NCBI RefSeq assembly: GCF_963921235.1
Contig: NC_086107.1
Location: 103,604,001 to 103,668,000 of the forward strand
Direction of reading: 5' to 3'
DNA: 64,000 bases
Source: Mobula hypostoma
Lineage: Eukaryota
In this document: positions 28,104-41,049 of the stretch, one piece after another
Layout of the letters: each line of letters opens with the position of its first letter
Position numbering within the stretch: the first letter of the stretch is position 1
Translations under genes and position numbers: made by a program
The notes under the pieces: model-generated
The model's input: only the letters and a program-made list of their open reading frames with translations
Told to the model about the DNA's origin: nothing
Databases searched by the model: none

Positions 28104-28911
28104 GTTTGAGGGATATGGCCAACCTCTGGCTCAGGTCAGCATCAATATCACAGACACCTTGTGAAATCTGTTGTTTTACGGCAGCAGTACAGTGCAATAC
28201 ATTAAAAAATATATATGCATTAAGATAAGAAATATATATATTTTAAAAATTAATTAAGCAAAAAGAGAGCAAAAATAGAGAGGTAATGTTCATGCGCTGG
28301 TTCACTGTCCATTCACAAACCTGATGAGAGAGGGGCGGAAGCTGTTCCTAAAGCATTGAGTGTGTGTCTTCAGGCTCCTGTACCTCCTCCTGGATGGTAG
28401 TGAAGAGAAGAGGGGATGTCCTGTGTGGGGGGGGGGGTCCTCAACGGTGAGGAGGCCAGTGCCCGTGGTGGAACTGGCTGAGTTTGCAGCTTGTTCTGAC
28501 CCTGTGCGAGCTTCCATACCAGACAGTGATGCAACTGGTTGAAATGATCTCAATGGTACACCTGTAGAACTTTGTGAGGGTCTTTGCTGTCAAACCAGAA
28601 TCAGCACGGATTGAGTTGGGCTGAAGGGGTCTTTTGATGTTGTTTGACTACATGATCCATGCTTCTAACCCTGAGCTCAGCATCTCATAACAGCATCTAG
28701 CACTAAGAGTATTTCCATCTTCCATCAGATGATCTATCACTCTGCTTTCTTCCTGCTCTATCCCCACAGCCCTTGATACTCTAAAACCCAGAGACGATCT
28801 AGAGCTCTCTTCCCAAGAGCTCACTGATGGACCTTCTCTCTGAAGCAGAGAGTTCATTCGAGTCCTTGGCCGGCTTCCACACGAAGAAATTTCTCATCAC
28901 CTAAGTCTTGG

Positions 28912-29210
28912 GTGAGACAGTGTTGCAGCGGGTAGAGCCACTGCCTCACAGCGCTGGCAACACGGGTTCGATGCGCTGTCTGTGTGGAGTTTGCATGCTC
29001 TCCCTGAGACTGTATGGGCTTCCTCCAAGTGTTCTACTTTCCTCCCACAGCCCAAGACTCGCAGGTTAATTAGTTGCTGCAAATTGCCCATTGTGTGTGG
29101 GTGAGGGGTAGACTCTAGAGAGATGGATGGGATCAGTGTAGGTGGGTGCTTGATGGTCAATATGGTCTCAATGGGCTGAAGGGCCTGTTTCCTTATCCTA
29201 TCCCTCTATA
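28912..29210 (+). mobile_element. V-SINE/HE1-type SINE
   Basis: GGGTTCGA B box, GTGTGGAGTTTGCATGCTCTCCC V-domain, CR1-like tail ATGGGCTGAAGGGCCTGTTTCC. Confidence 0.8.
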
Positions 29211-29259
29211 ACACTGAAGTCCAAACCCCGTTTATGAGTATACTCTTCCTAATTCTAGA

Positions 29260-29750
29260 CATCTCTCTCAACCTCAGAAGTTCGGGTCCAGTGGTACGAA
29301 CACACGTCACAAATTGTGGTCTTCCTTGGTCGTAGTGGATGAGCATGGTGTTGGTTGTCCATCGTGTCCGACGCTGACGGGAGACCTGTGTGGGAAGAGT
29401 TTTTAAAGTGGAAACACCGTTGCGCTGTGGGGCAGTTCCATTCTCTCGACCTCGGAGGTCTAAGTCCAGTGGTGCGAACAAACATCACAAACTGGGGCCT
29501 TCCTTGGTTGTAGTGGTCTTCTGCGGTCTGTCATGACCTTCGCTCTCCACGAAGCGTTGTAGTACCGCCTTCCTAGCTGTTAGATCTACCTGTAGATCTC
29601 ATCTGCCCAGTCCGCTGGGAGCTGACTTCCCATGATAGGACAGGGACGTCCCTATCTCACCAGGGTATGAGGCCGTTGGCTACCTTTACCTGGTTTAGCC
29701 CACCTGTTGAAGTGGGGTACCAGCTGTCGTATGCAAACAGCCACTTGGAA
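29260..29750 (-). mobile_element. RTE 5'-UTR-like non-autonomous element with partial tandem duplication
   Basis: homologous to 18062-18480; 29262-29338 repeats 29440-29517. Confidence 0.55.
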
Positions 29751-30091
29751 ATCGTAGTAGCAGAATGGTACTGATGCCCAGGCTTGAATGCCTTGTTATT
29801 TATCCTTCCTTGCCCCCTCAAAGCTGGCTGGCACTGAGGTACAGTTGGTAGAGCTGTTGCCTCGCAGGTCTAGTGACCCGGGAGCTGAAGGAACAACTGT
29901 GTGTGTTTCCCCTTGGTGTTCCGGAGTGAATGGCAGGTTAATTGGCCCGTATTGTGCAGGTGAGTGGGGGAGTCTCGGGGGGAAGTGCATGGGAATGTGG
30001 GGAGAAAAGGTTATTGGGAAAATTAGTGAGGAATGAGGTTGCTCAGTGAGCCAGCATAGACTTGCTGAGCCAGAATGGCCTCCTTATAGAG

Positions 30092-30157
30092 CAGGGGTTC
30101 CCAACCTTTTCACAGACCAATACCATTCAACAAGGGGTCTGTGGGCCACACGCCCTG
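30092..30157. mobile_element. hAT MITE
   Basis: CAGGGGTTCCCAACCT...CCCTG. Confidence 0.6.
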
Positions 30158-30897
30158 TTCTAGATACTAAGCTACTAAACTTCCCTTCTACCTGACTTGG
30201 ATTCCAATATGGTCCATGGCCTCTGAACCCACCCACCGCCCCAAATCCTTCCAGGTATTCTGTAGCTAATCAGTGACTGGCTACAGAATTAGAGACCCTG
30301 TAAACCTAGGAAGTGACGCAGCATCTTGAATCTCTGTGGTTATGGGAACGTCTGTCTGTGGAATTGCTCCTCTAGTCCCCTCACCTTCCTCGTCCCCATC
30401 GTCCTGCAGAACCACCCGTCACTTTGACTTTGCTCCCCAAGCTGTCTCCTTCTCACCAACGTTGACCACAAGAAGCGGCAGAGGGTTGTGGACGCAGCTC
30501 AGAGATCACCGAGGCCAGCCTCCGCCCGATGGACTCTGACTACGCCTACTGACTCAGGAAAGCAGCCAGCATAACCAAAGACCCTTCCCACCTCAGGCAA
30601 CCCCTATCCCAACGGGCAGAGGATAGAAAAACCTGAAACCACGTGCCACCAGGCTCAAAGGCAGCTTCAACCCCGACGTTATAGGACTATTGAATGGTTC
30701 CCTGGTAAGATAAAATGAGACTCTTGATCTGATGCTCTGTCTCATTATGATCTTGCACCTGACTGTTTATCTGAACTGCACTTTCCTCTGTACCTGTTAC
30801 ACCTTATCCTGCACTGTTATTGTTTTATCTTGTTCTCCCTCAATGCACTGTGTAATGATCTCATCTGTATGCAAGAACCAGCTTTTCACTGTATCTC

Positions 30898-31300
30898 CTC
30901 CACCTAATAAAGTGGCCACTGAGTGTATGTTTGTGATCTTCTGCTGCTGTAACCCATCCACTTCAAGGTTCAACGTGCTGTGTGTTCAGAGACGCTCTTC
31001 TGCACAGCACTGTCGCAACGCCAGGTTATCTGAGTTACTGTTGCCCTCCTGTCAGATTGAGTTGGTCTGGCCATTCTCCTCTGACCTCTCTCATTAACAA
31101 GACATTTTCACTCACAAAACTGCTGTTCACTGGATTTTTAAAAAATGATTTTCGCACCATTCCCTGTAAGCTTTAGAGACTGTTGTACACAAAAAGAATC
31201 GTAAGAATTTCAGGTGGTATACTGTATATATTCTCTGATATTAAATGTTACTATTTAATGAGCACGCATTCAGGTATACCTAATAAAGTAGCCACCGAGT
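30898..31300 (-). mobile_element. Tc1-like non-autonomous element, deleted copy
   Basis: ACCTAATAAAGTGGCCACTGAGTG TIR copies near 30902 and 31278; internal homology to 40068-40684. Confidence 0.75.
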
Positions 31301-32029
31301 GGATTTTTTACCACCTCTTAATGTAGCCCACTGCCCCAAAATTACAGCTGTAGACTTGCCAGAGAACAAAACATTATCCTTCAGAAAAAGCTCATTGTGC
31401 CAGTACCAACCAGAATACCAATCTGCCTGCACATGGTCAATACCCCTTTATCCCCCGCAGTTCATGCGCCTTTTAAACACTTCACACCAGCCCGGAAGCA
31501 TGTACCACCAGGGCCATGGGCAGCTTCTACCCCAATGATATCAGACTTTTGCACCCCACTGTCTACCTCATTGTGAACTTCTATTCTATCGTTTGTTCGC
31601 ACTGCACCTTCTCTGTAGCTGTGAAACTTTATTCAATGTTGTTATCGTCCAACCTCGATGCACTGTGCAACGATCTGACCTCTACGAGCTGTATGCAAGA
31701 CAATCTTGGTTCGTGTGACAACGGTAAACCAACACCACTTTTCCTGGCAGCACATACCAGGCCCCCACCCCTCTCTGTGTGAAGAAAAACTTCATTAGCA
31801 AAAGATCTTCTTTAAAAAAAACCTGAGATGTCCTTTTAACTTCCTCCCTCACATAAGCCCCGTGCCCTTGAGTGTTCTCTGGTTGACGTTTCCACCCTGG
31901 GTAAAATATTGACTGTCTACTCGATGTACGCCTCTCATAACTGTTTCAGTCAGATCTCCCCTCAGTCTCCGACACTCCAGAGAAAACAACCTAAGTCTGT
32001 CCAATCTCTTCTTACAGCTAATCCACCAA

Positions 32030-32715
32030 AGCAGGCTGCTTCCTGGTGTAGAGCTGCTAGGACTTGATGTTTCAATCCCTATGGTAAGATGGCACTCTTG
32101 ATGTTGGCAGCGGGTTTGGAGTGGTGACAAGGAGGGAGGGTAGATACATCATCGGGGTCATCAGGTGGGAACTCTCCTTCTTTGATGTTTTGTTGATAAG
32201 CCCACGACGTCTCCAGAGGGCTCAACGATGCTACCTGGCGTCCCAGATACACCCCCCTCAGTTCCATACCCTCCTGTCTTCATCTTGCAGCCCAGTTGTT
32301 GTCTTTCCTTTTAATCCAAATCCAATTGCTGTTTTCTTCTGCTGCGTTTGACAAGGACTTGATTGCTTGTTGGAGGGAGTGACCCCTCACCACCATCTTC
32401 TTCAATAGACTGGTCGTAGATGCAGCAATGAATCCCCTGCATCCAACTTCTACAGGGAAAATCTTGGTCTTCCAGCCATTCTGGGCAGCTTCAGTTGCCA
32501 GTTCAGAGTACTTGGTCTTTTTCCTCTCATAAACTTCTTCGACACCATCTTCCCACAGTACTGTCAATTCCACAACCTATGCCAGCTTGGCTGTTGTGGA
32601 CCACAGGACCATGTCTGGCCGGAGTGTTGTAGCTGCAATGTCTGGGGGAAACACAAGCTTTTTTTTCCAAGTCCACGTCCATTTTCCAATCCCGAGCAGC
32701 CTGCAGAATGCTTAC
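32030..32715 (-). mobile_element. Hero-type (R2 group) non-LTR 3' fragment with restriction-like endonuclease
   Basis: LRPDMVLWS...ELTVLWEDGVEEVYERKKTKY...FPVEVGCRGF...WIWIKR; in-frame stop upstream of ELTV. Confidence 0.82.
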
Positions 32716-33734
32716 ATCTTTTGAGAACCTCTGCCTCCACCTCCACCCCCCCCACCATAATGCAGTAAGCAGAACTGTGCATAATACTCCAAATGTGGCC
32801 CAAGTTAAGCTTCATACCGCTGCAAAGTGATCTCCATGACTTTTATATTCGTTGCCCTGGCCGAAGAAGGAATGTGTGCCCTACGCATTCTTCACCACCC
32901 TACCCATTCTTCATCCCTCTGTACATCAGTGCTTTTCATTTACTTTATACTTTCCTTTTGCATTTGATCTCTTAAATTCTTCAAAGTTATTTGTAGGCCA
33001 CCACACCTGACTTTAGAACGGAAGGAAGGTTTCTGATGAAGAGTTATATGCTGGCCATTGTCCTCCGGAACAACTGTGGTGAGGTTCTGGTGCTGAGATG
33101 ATTGACTTCCAATAACTACAACTGGGTGTGATGTGTGACTCCAGTGCCTAAAGACAGCTCCCCCATCATCCACTCCGCAAGGTGTTGCTATGACAACAGA
33201 GGTCAATCTCGTCCCACCTTTGCAATTCAGCTTTTTTCTTTGGACGGAGGATGCCTGGCGCATCAGAAGGGTGACGCGATCGATTTTCGCCGGAGTTCGC
33301 TGCTTGTACGGGTCACTTGATTGGTCCTTGGTTCGGGCGGCAGTGTGGCGCAGTGAGGGGGGCCGCGGCCTGGCAGCATCAGAGACCCAGGTTCAAGCCT
33401 GACCTTGGGCTCTGGGTGCGGTTTGCACGTTCTCCTGGTTTCTGAATGAAAATCAGGTTTAGAATCACCGGCAAATGTGGTGAAATTCGTTGCCTCTGTG
33501 GCAGCAGCACAATGCAATACATAACAGAGAAAAAATATGTGAATTACAGTAAGAAATAGATATATTACAAAAGTTACAAAAATAAGTAATGCAAAAACTA
33601 GTGAGGCAGTGTTCACAGGTTCAATGTCCATTTAGAAATCAGATGGCAGAGGGGAAGAAGCTGTTCCTGAATCACTGAGTGTGTGCCTTCAGGCTCCTGT
33701 AGGTCCTTTCCAACAGTAGATATGAGAAGAGGGA

Positions 33735-34302
33735 TCTCCCAGTGGCCACCCATCTTAATCCCATTCCCATTCCCATTCTGGTATGTCCATCCATGGCCTC
33801 CTCCACTATCATGATGAGGCCACACTCAGGTTGGAGGAACAACACCTTATATTCCACCTGGGTAGCCTCCAACCTGATGGCATGAACATTGATTTCTCAC
33901 ACTTCTGGTAATGCCCCCCATCCCGTCCCCCCACCATTCTCCATCCCCTTTTCCCTCTCTCACCTTACCTCCTTGCCCGCCCATCGCCTCCCTCTGGTAC
34001 TCCTTCCCCCACTCCCCTTTCTTTCTTCCACGACCTTCTGTCTCTTCCACCAATTTACTTCCCAGCTCTTGACTTCATCCCCTCCCCCTCCAGCTTTCAC
34101 TTGTCACCTTGTGTTTGTCTCCCTCCCCTCCCCCGACCTCTTAAATCTACCCCTCAGGTTTTTTTCTCCAGTCCTGCCGAAGGGTCTCAGCCCCAAACGT
34201 CGACTGTGCTCTTTTCCGTAGGTGCTGCCTGGCCTGCTGAGTTCCTCCAGCATTTTTGTGCGAGTTGCTCGGGTTTCCAGCATCTGCAGCTTTTCTCTTG
34301 TT
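33735..34302 (+). mobile_element. Penelope-like 3' fragment nested in a Rex-type fragment (~33445-34600, -)
   Basis: EEQHLIFHLGSLQPDGMNIDF; decayed hammerhead CTGCCGA...CAAAC GTC at ~34170-34205. Confidence 0.8.
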
Positions 34303-35254
34303 TGAGAAAAGGGATCCTTGAAGATGTCCTGGACACTGGGGAGGCTGGTATCCATGATGGCGCTGACTGAGTTTACAACTTCCTGCAGGTTATATTGATC
34401 CTGTGCAGTGCCCGCCCCACCACCCGATACCAGACAGTGATACAGCCAGTTAGAATGCTCTCCACTGCACATCTGTAGAAATTTGCAAGTGTTCTAGGTG
34501 ACATACCAAACCTCCTCAAACTCCTAATGAAATATAGCCGCTGTTCTGCCTTCTCTGTAGCTGCATCGATGTGTTGGGACCGGGTTAGATCCTCAGAAAA
34601 AATCACAATGTGGGTTTTCTACAAGTTCTCTGCTCCACCTACCCACCCACCCACATCAAAGACATGCAGGTCGGGAGGTTAGTTGCCCCTAGTGTGTAGA
34701 CGAGGGGTAGGATTTTGGGGGGGGGAGTGGAATTAATGGGGATGTGGTAATATGGAAAGGCACAACAGCAGAGCAGTTAGCATAAAGATGTTGCAGGGCC
34801 AGTGTCCCAGGTTCAGTTCTGCTGCTGTCTTTAAGGAGTTTGTACATTCTCCCCGTTACCACATGGGTTTCCTCTGCGTGCTTTGGTTTCCTAATTGGAT
34901 GTTACTGGGAAGGGCCTGTTACTGGGCTCGATCGCCAAATGAAAAAAGGGATCAGTGTCATGTAGCTGGATGGTCAGTTCAGACCCTATAGGGTAAAGGG
35001 CCAGTTTCTGTGCTGAATGACTCAAAAAGGACAATGGTGAGCAGGGTGTTGGGTAAATGTAGCTCAATATAATTATTAAAAACATCTTCCAACAATTTAC
35101 AGATGTTCAGAAACAGTTATTACCCTACAACCATCAGACTCCTGAACGAGCATGGATAACCTCACATAAGTTCAAGTTCAGTTTACTGTCATTCAACTAT
35201 ACACATGTATGTGGCTGAACGAGACATCGTTCCTCTGGGGCCAAGGTGCAAAAT

Positions 35255-35407
35255 ACAGTCCATATAGTCACGCACAGTCCATACAGTCACAGACTGTCCA
35301 TATAGTCACACAGTCCATATAGTCACAGACAGTCCATATAGACACACACACAGTACATATAGTCACACACTGTCCATGTAGTCACACACAATAAATATAG
35401 TCACACA
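35255..35407. repeat. ~19-bp minisatellite (CAGTCCATATAGTCACA[CA])n, about 8 units
   Basis: directly visible tandem units inside a LINE-tail-like repeat. Confidence 0.9.
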
Positions 35408-36719
35408 ATAATATTAATACAGGTCCCTGAGTGGTGGGGCCTGAAGATTGAGTTTGACTGATTCCACAATCTACAGACTTTACAACTCACGATCTCAATA
35501 TTATTTATTTATTTTCCTTTATTTGCTCAGTCTGTCTACTTTTGCACAATGGTTGTCAGTCCTAACATATAGTTTTTCATAAATTATATTGTACTTCTTT
35601 ATTTTCTTGTAGATGCCTGCAAAAAAATGAAACTCGAGGTGGTATACAGTAATCTATATGCGCTTTGCTGTGGACTCAATTTTGTTAACTTCAGTTCTGA
35701 ATGATAGTTGCTTACTTTTATTGTTTGCACGATTTTTTCCTGCACATATTACAGTCTTTTTTTACAGGATTGTATTGGGTTTCTTTGTTTTGTGGCTGCC
35801 CGTAAGGAGACGAATCTCAGGGTTGTATATAGTATACATACTTTGATAATAAATGTACTTTGAACTTTGAATTTACTTTTGATTTTGACTTTGTCGAACT
35901 TTATCTGGGCAATATTCAACTTGGTCAGCAGGTGTCAGTGTTGTAATGGCGACAGGGGAGAGCAAGTCAAAATTCAAAGTGAATTTTATATGTCACCATA
36001 TACTAGCTTGAGATTCGTTTTCTTGCAGGCATAGGCAGTAAATCCAAGAACCATAACAGAATCAATGAAAGACCACACCCAACAGGGCAGACAAACAACC
36101 AATGTGCAAAAGACAACAAACTCTGCTAATACATAAGAAAAAATAGCTGTCCCTGAAGCTGGCGATGTGAGTCCTGAGGCTCCTGTACCTTCTTCCTGCT
36201 GGCAGCAGCGAGGAGAGAGCATGGCCTGGGTGGTAGGGGTCCCTGATCATAGATAATGCTTTCTTGCAACAGTTCTCTGTGTAGATGCGCTCATTTATCA
36301 GGAGCTCTACGTACACAGGGCCCCTAGCATTATTAAGGATCCCACCCATCCATCCAGCATCCTCTTTGATTTCCTACCCGTCAGGTAGGGCTCTATGATG
36401 CATAAAAACAAGAACGGTCAGAATGAGAAATAGTTTCTTCCCCCAGGCCATCAGGCTCGGAACTCCCAGCCGCATCGTATTCAAAGTGTCACTGGTTAAT
36501 CTGATCCATACCTTACAATATTTAATAATGCAATTTAGTTTGTTATTTATGTGTGATTCATCTGTAGATTTTATCCTTACCATCATATATTATCGTGTGT
36601 AATGTGTGTTATGAGTACTTCCTGGTTCAAAGAAATGTTGTCTTGTTTCTATATACATTACACATTAATATAATGTATATAACCATATATAGTTGAACGA
36701 CAATAGACTTGACTTGACT

Positions 36720-37980
36720 TGGTGGGGAGGGCTTTACCCATGATGGACTGGGCCATATCCACTACTTTTTGTAGGATTTTCTGTTCAAGGGGATTGGTGT
36801 TTTCATACCAGGCTCTTATGCAGCCAGTCAATATACTCTCCTCCACACATCTATAGAAGTTTATCAAAGTTTTAGATGTCATGCTGAATCTTCGCAAACT
36901 TCTAAGGAAATGGAGGCCATGCCATTTTTTCTTAATAATTACGTTTATGTGCTGTGCCCAGGACAGATTCCCTGAAATGAGGAATTTAAAGTTGCTGACC
37001 CTCTCTACATCTGATCCCCTGATAAGCACTGGCTCACAGACCTCCGGTTTCTTCCTCCTGAAGTCAGTAATCATAGAAACCACAGAAAAACTACAGCACA
37101 GAAACAGGCCTTTTGGCCCTTCTTGGCTGTGCCGAACCATTTTCTACCTAGTCCCACTGACCTGCACACGGACCATATCCCTCCATACACCTCCCATCCA
37201 TGTATCTGTCCAATTTATTCTTAAATGTTAAAAAAGAACCCGCATTTACCACCTCGTCTGGCAGCTCCTTCCACACTCCCACCACTCTCTGGGTGAAGAA
37301 GCCCCCCCCCCATGTTCCCTTTAAACTTTTCCCCCCTCACCCTTAACTCATGTCCTCTGGGTTTTTTTTCTCCCCTTGCCTCGGTGGAAAAAGCCTGCTT
37401 GCATTCACTCTATCTATACCCATCATAATTTTATATACCTCTATCAAATCTCCCCTCATTCTTCTACGCTCCAGGGAATAAAGTCCCAACCTATTCAACC
37501 TTTCTCTGTAACTGAGTTTCTCAAGTCCCGGCAACATCCTTGTAAACCTTCTCTGCACTCTTTCAACCTTATTTATATCCTTCCTGCAATTTGGCGACCA
37601 AAACTGAACACAATACTCCAGATTCGGCCTCACCAATGCCTTATACAACCTCATCATAACATTCCAGCTCTTATACTCAATACTTCGATTAATAAAGGCC
37701 AATGTACCAAAAGCTCTCTTTATGACCCTATCTACCTGTGACAATCATCTCCTTGGTCTTGCTGGCATTGGGTGGGAGGTTGTTGTTGTGGCATCCATCA
37801 GCCAGATTTTCAATCTCCCTTCCATATACTGATTCATCACCGCCTTTGATTTGGTCAACGACGGTGCTGTTGTCAGCAAACTTAAATATGGCATTGGAAC
37901 TGTGCATAGCTTTACAGTTACAAGTATAAAGCGAGTAGAGCAGGGGCTAAGCACATAGTGAGGATCGTGGAGGAGATGTT
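36720..37980 (-). mobile_element. Rex1/Babar RT fragment split by a young CR1
   Basis: KFADNSTVV before the insertion and DFRRKK...VERVSNFKF...FYRCVEESILTGCI after it. Confidence 0.82.
37075..37742 (-). mobile_element. young CR1 3' fragment, near-identical to 60085-60741
   Basis: ORF 37343-37744; AATCAT duplicated at 37069-37074 and 37743-37748. Confidence 0.93.
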
Positions 37981-38039
37981 GCTGAGAGCCTTGGCTTCCC
38001 TGCCCAACAACCCCGGTTTTAAACCTGCCTACTTCAATT

Positions 38040-38195
38040 TAACCTACCAACCGGTTTGCTTTTGGACTGTGGGAGGAAACAGGAGCACCGGGAGGGAACC
38101 CACGGGGAGAGCGTACCAACTCTTACAGGCAGCGGCGGGAATTGAACCCGGGTCGCTCACACTGCGAAACGTCGTGCTTACCAGTACGCTACCGT
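38040..38195 (-). mobile_element. V-SINE/HE1-type SINE
   Basis: B box GGGTTCAATTCCCG and V-domain on the minus strand. Confidence 0.75.
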
Positions 38196-38879
38196 GACTC
38201 CGTCCGACTGTTTGTTCCTCTCCAGAGATTCTTCCTGACCTGCTGAGTTCCTCTAGCATTTTGCCTGTGTGTGTGTGTGTAGCTCTGGATTTCCAGCATC
38301 TGCAGAATCTCTCGTGTCTATGGTTTATGTTTTTTTTGCACTAACACCTTGTTTTGCAATTTTGTTCTCTTCGCTGTCTTGTGTAATCTGTGCTCTGTGT
38401 TGTCGCTACTTGTAGGCGATTACATCACGCCCTTGCGAGTTTTTTCATTATACCAGTACCTCGCCGTACCACACAACAAACTCAACTTGAAATTCACTCC
38501 ATCAAGATCCGATCTAGTCGACCCTCACTCGTCACGGATACCAGCCTACCCTGTAGAACTTTTCCTCCCCCGCCAACCTTCCCATTTCAGCCCAGCGAGT
38601 TTTCCAATTCACGAAGGTCCGGCCTTGACCCGGGGGACCAGTGCTGTACACAAGAGCCCAGATGAACTCCATTCCAGGTCAGTGAAATGGAAGGTAATGG
38701 ACGTGAGCCGTTAACTCTCTATCTGTCTCGCCAGAGCTGCTTCATTTGATGGGCAGTTTATTTGTAAGGTCGGGGTCACAATGCCACCCCCGCTTTAGAC
38801 TGGGCTGTTGTATGGGGGTGGGGGGTGGTTAGGGAGTTAACAACAGATACAGTTAACTTTGTTTTCCCAAGTAGCCCTT

Positions 38880-39970
38880 CGCCTTCCAGTAGCCGGTTAG
38901 GACTCCCTCTTGAGTGAGTCCTTTAAAGGCAGAGAGACTCGGTGCGAGGCTTTGGATTCGGTTATGTCATTTCCATCTCGTTCTCTCTCACGAAACCTGT
39001 AAACTCGGCTCCCAGGCGGACACAAAAAAAAAATCATTCCGAGCATATTTGTTGAATAATCCAATCAAAGAGGCTATAGCGGTCAGCGAACTCACAGTAC
39101 CGCGGGCTGTTTCAGACTCCCTTTCATTTCGAGTTTGCTGGGGTGAATCGGAGAGGATGTCTCTCCGCGGGGCGGGGGGGGGGGGGGAATATGAAGCCGG
39201 ATTACTCCTCCTCCGCTGAGTCATTGCATTGATTTCATTCTTGACATTTTTCCCGAACCTGTCATCCACCCGGCTTCCAAAATACCTCATCTCCAGAATT
39301 CCAGTTTGGGAAAAGCGGGAAACGGACGCGCTCTGCCGCTCCGAAGGTAAGTTTGGCTTCTGTCAAACTTCGCCTCACTTCGCACACGATGCCGCGGCAG
39401 AAAGAGGCTCTCGGAATCGTTCTCATTGCTGGCATTTTTTGTGCCTGAACTTCCGCATTGAGGAAATAAATCTCAGTGGACCCTCCAGCCCCGGAGCTGG
39501 CGATTAAACACGGTTGTATTCCTTTCTCGGCACTCGTCTGTATCTCGGGAGAGGAGCCCAGAGCTTCTGCAACTGAGTATGTTTTAGAAATCTTGACCAA
39601 AGGGGACGTGCAGATCAAAACAGCATCCGAGATTTGTAGCTCCGCTCGGGAAAGCTCCTTGGCTTGTAAGTTATTTCTTTGTATTCTATTAATTATTCTG
39701 CGGTTAAGTTTTGAGTCGCCAGCATAAAACGGCTGGCTGGGCGAAATCCCAGCCGCCAGTGGGATTAGCACAGAACACCAGAGAGCGAACAAACAAAAAA
39801 GATTAAAACTTTTCTGGCGTTTCGCCAGTGCGGTTTAGTTGCAAAGTCACGTATTTTATTATGTTGTACCCCGGCACGATGTCCGTACAAAACAACTCTT
39901 TGCATGCGGGCAGTCGAAGGGCACATTTAACACATCTCAAAGCAAAACTGAATATCTTTGCGCGGTCTTT
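38880..39970 (+). promoter_or_regulatory. CpG island promoter with CCAAT, GC box and ARE/AP-1 site; putative non-coding first exon ending at 39346
   Basis: repeat-free CpG-rich block; CCAAT 39061-39065, GGGGCGGGG 39169-39177, GCTGAGTCAT 39215-39224; consensus donor AAG|GTAAGT at 39346/39347. Confidence 0.7.
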
Positions 39971-40067
39971 TAAAAGTTCATAAATGATTAAGGGGTCAAT
40001 TAACTTTATTATTCAGAGTGTTCCTTCTTATAATTTTTAGCATTCACAATACAATAATGGGAACGTA

Positions 40068-40684
40068 CAATCAGTGGCCACTTTATTAGATACCTCCTGT
40101 ACCCACTGAGAGTATGTTCATGGTCTCCTGCCGCTGTAACCCATCCACGTCAAAGTTCGACATACTGAGGGTTCAGAGATGCCCCTCTGAACGCCACTGT
40201 TGTAACGTGTGGTTATTTGAATTACTTTCGCCTTCCTGTCAGCTTGACCCACTCTGGCCGTTTCTCCTCTGACCTCCCTCATTAACAACACACACTGGAG
40301 GATCTCGGCAGGCCAGGCAGCACCAACGAAAAGAGTAAACGTTGTTTCAGGCCGAGATAACGTTTTCGCCCACGGAACCGCTGCTCCCCAAGTTTCCCTG
40401 TTTGTTTTTCGCACCATTCGCTGCGAAGAGACTGTTGTGCACGAACATCCCAGGTGATCAGCAGTTTGCGAGATACTCAAACCACCCCGTCTGGCACCAA
40501 CTATCATTCCACGGTCAGTCACTTAGATCACATTTCTTCCCCCATTCTGATGTTTGGTCTGAACAACAACTAAACCTCTTGACCCTGTCTGCATGCTTTA
40601 ATGCATTGAGTTGTGGCCACCTGATTGGCTGATTAGATATTTGCATTAACGAGCAGGTGTACTTAATAAAGTGGCCACTGAGTG
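40068..40684 (-). mobile_element. non-autonomous Tc1-like element with TA TSD and a Penelope-end insert (~40288-40358)
   Basis: TA|CAATCAGTGGCCACTTTATTA ... TAATAAAGTGGCCACTGAGTG|TA; DRGMIVGARRGGLSISQTADHLG. Confidence 0.88.
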
Positions 40685-41049
40685 TAGTTGGCTATTTCAA
40701 ATGTGTCCTAACTCTAAGTTTTCTTGCTGTCTGGTCTGATGGAGTCCTGGTCATAGAATTGTACAGCTCCAAAATAGGACCTTCGGCCCATTGCATCCAT
40801 GTTGACCCTTCTGCCCATCAATACTAATCCTATTTGCATGCATTAGGATTGTATCTTTCTGCAGAGTTGTGGTAGCACCTGCTTGTTTGATGTTTAAGGG
40901 GTTTATTGAAAACAGATTGCGATTTCTCTTCAATGATGGGAATTTTAACCAGTAATCCTTCACTAGCTCATCTTCCCATGTCATTCTCTGTCAAAATCCT
41001 TGACTCCTCCAGGCAATCTTTACAGTGTAGACCAACAGAAACCCTCTAA

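Noticed and set aside
35255..35407. CRISPR-like repeat array
   Set aside because: adjacent tandem units without unique spacers; no cas genes; eukaryotic context
39262..39792. 176-aa minus-strand ORF in the CpG island (also 46454-46846)
   Set aside because: non-ATG start, no recognisable domain, expected by chance in GC-rich DNA
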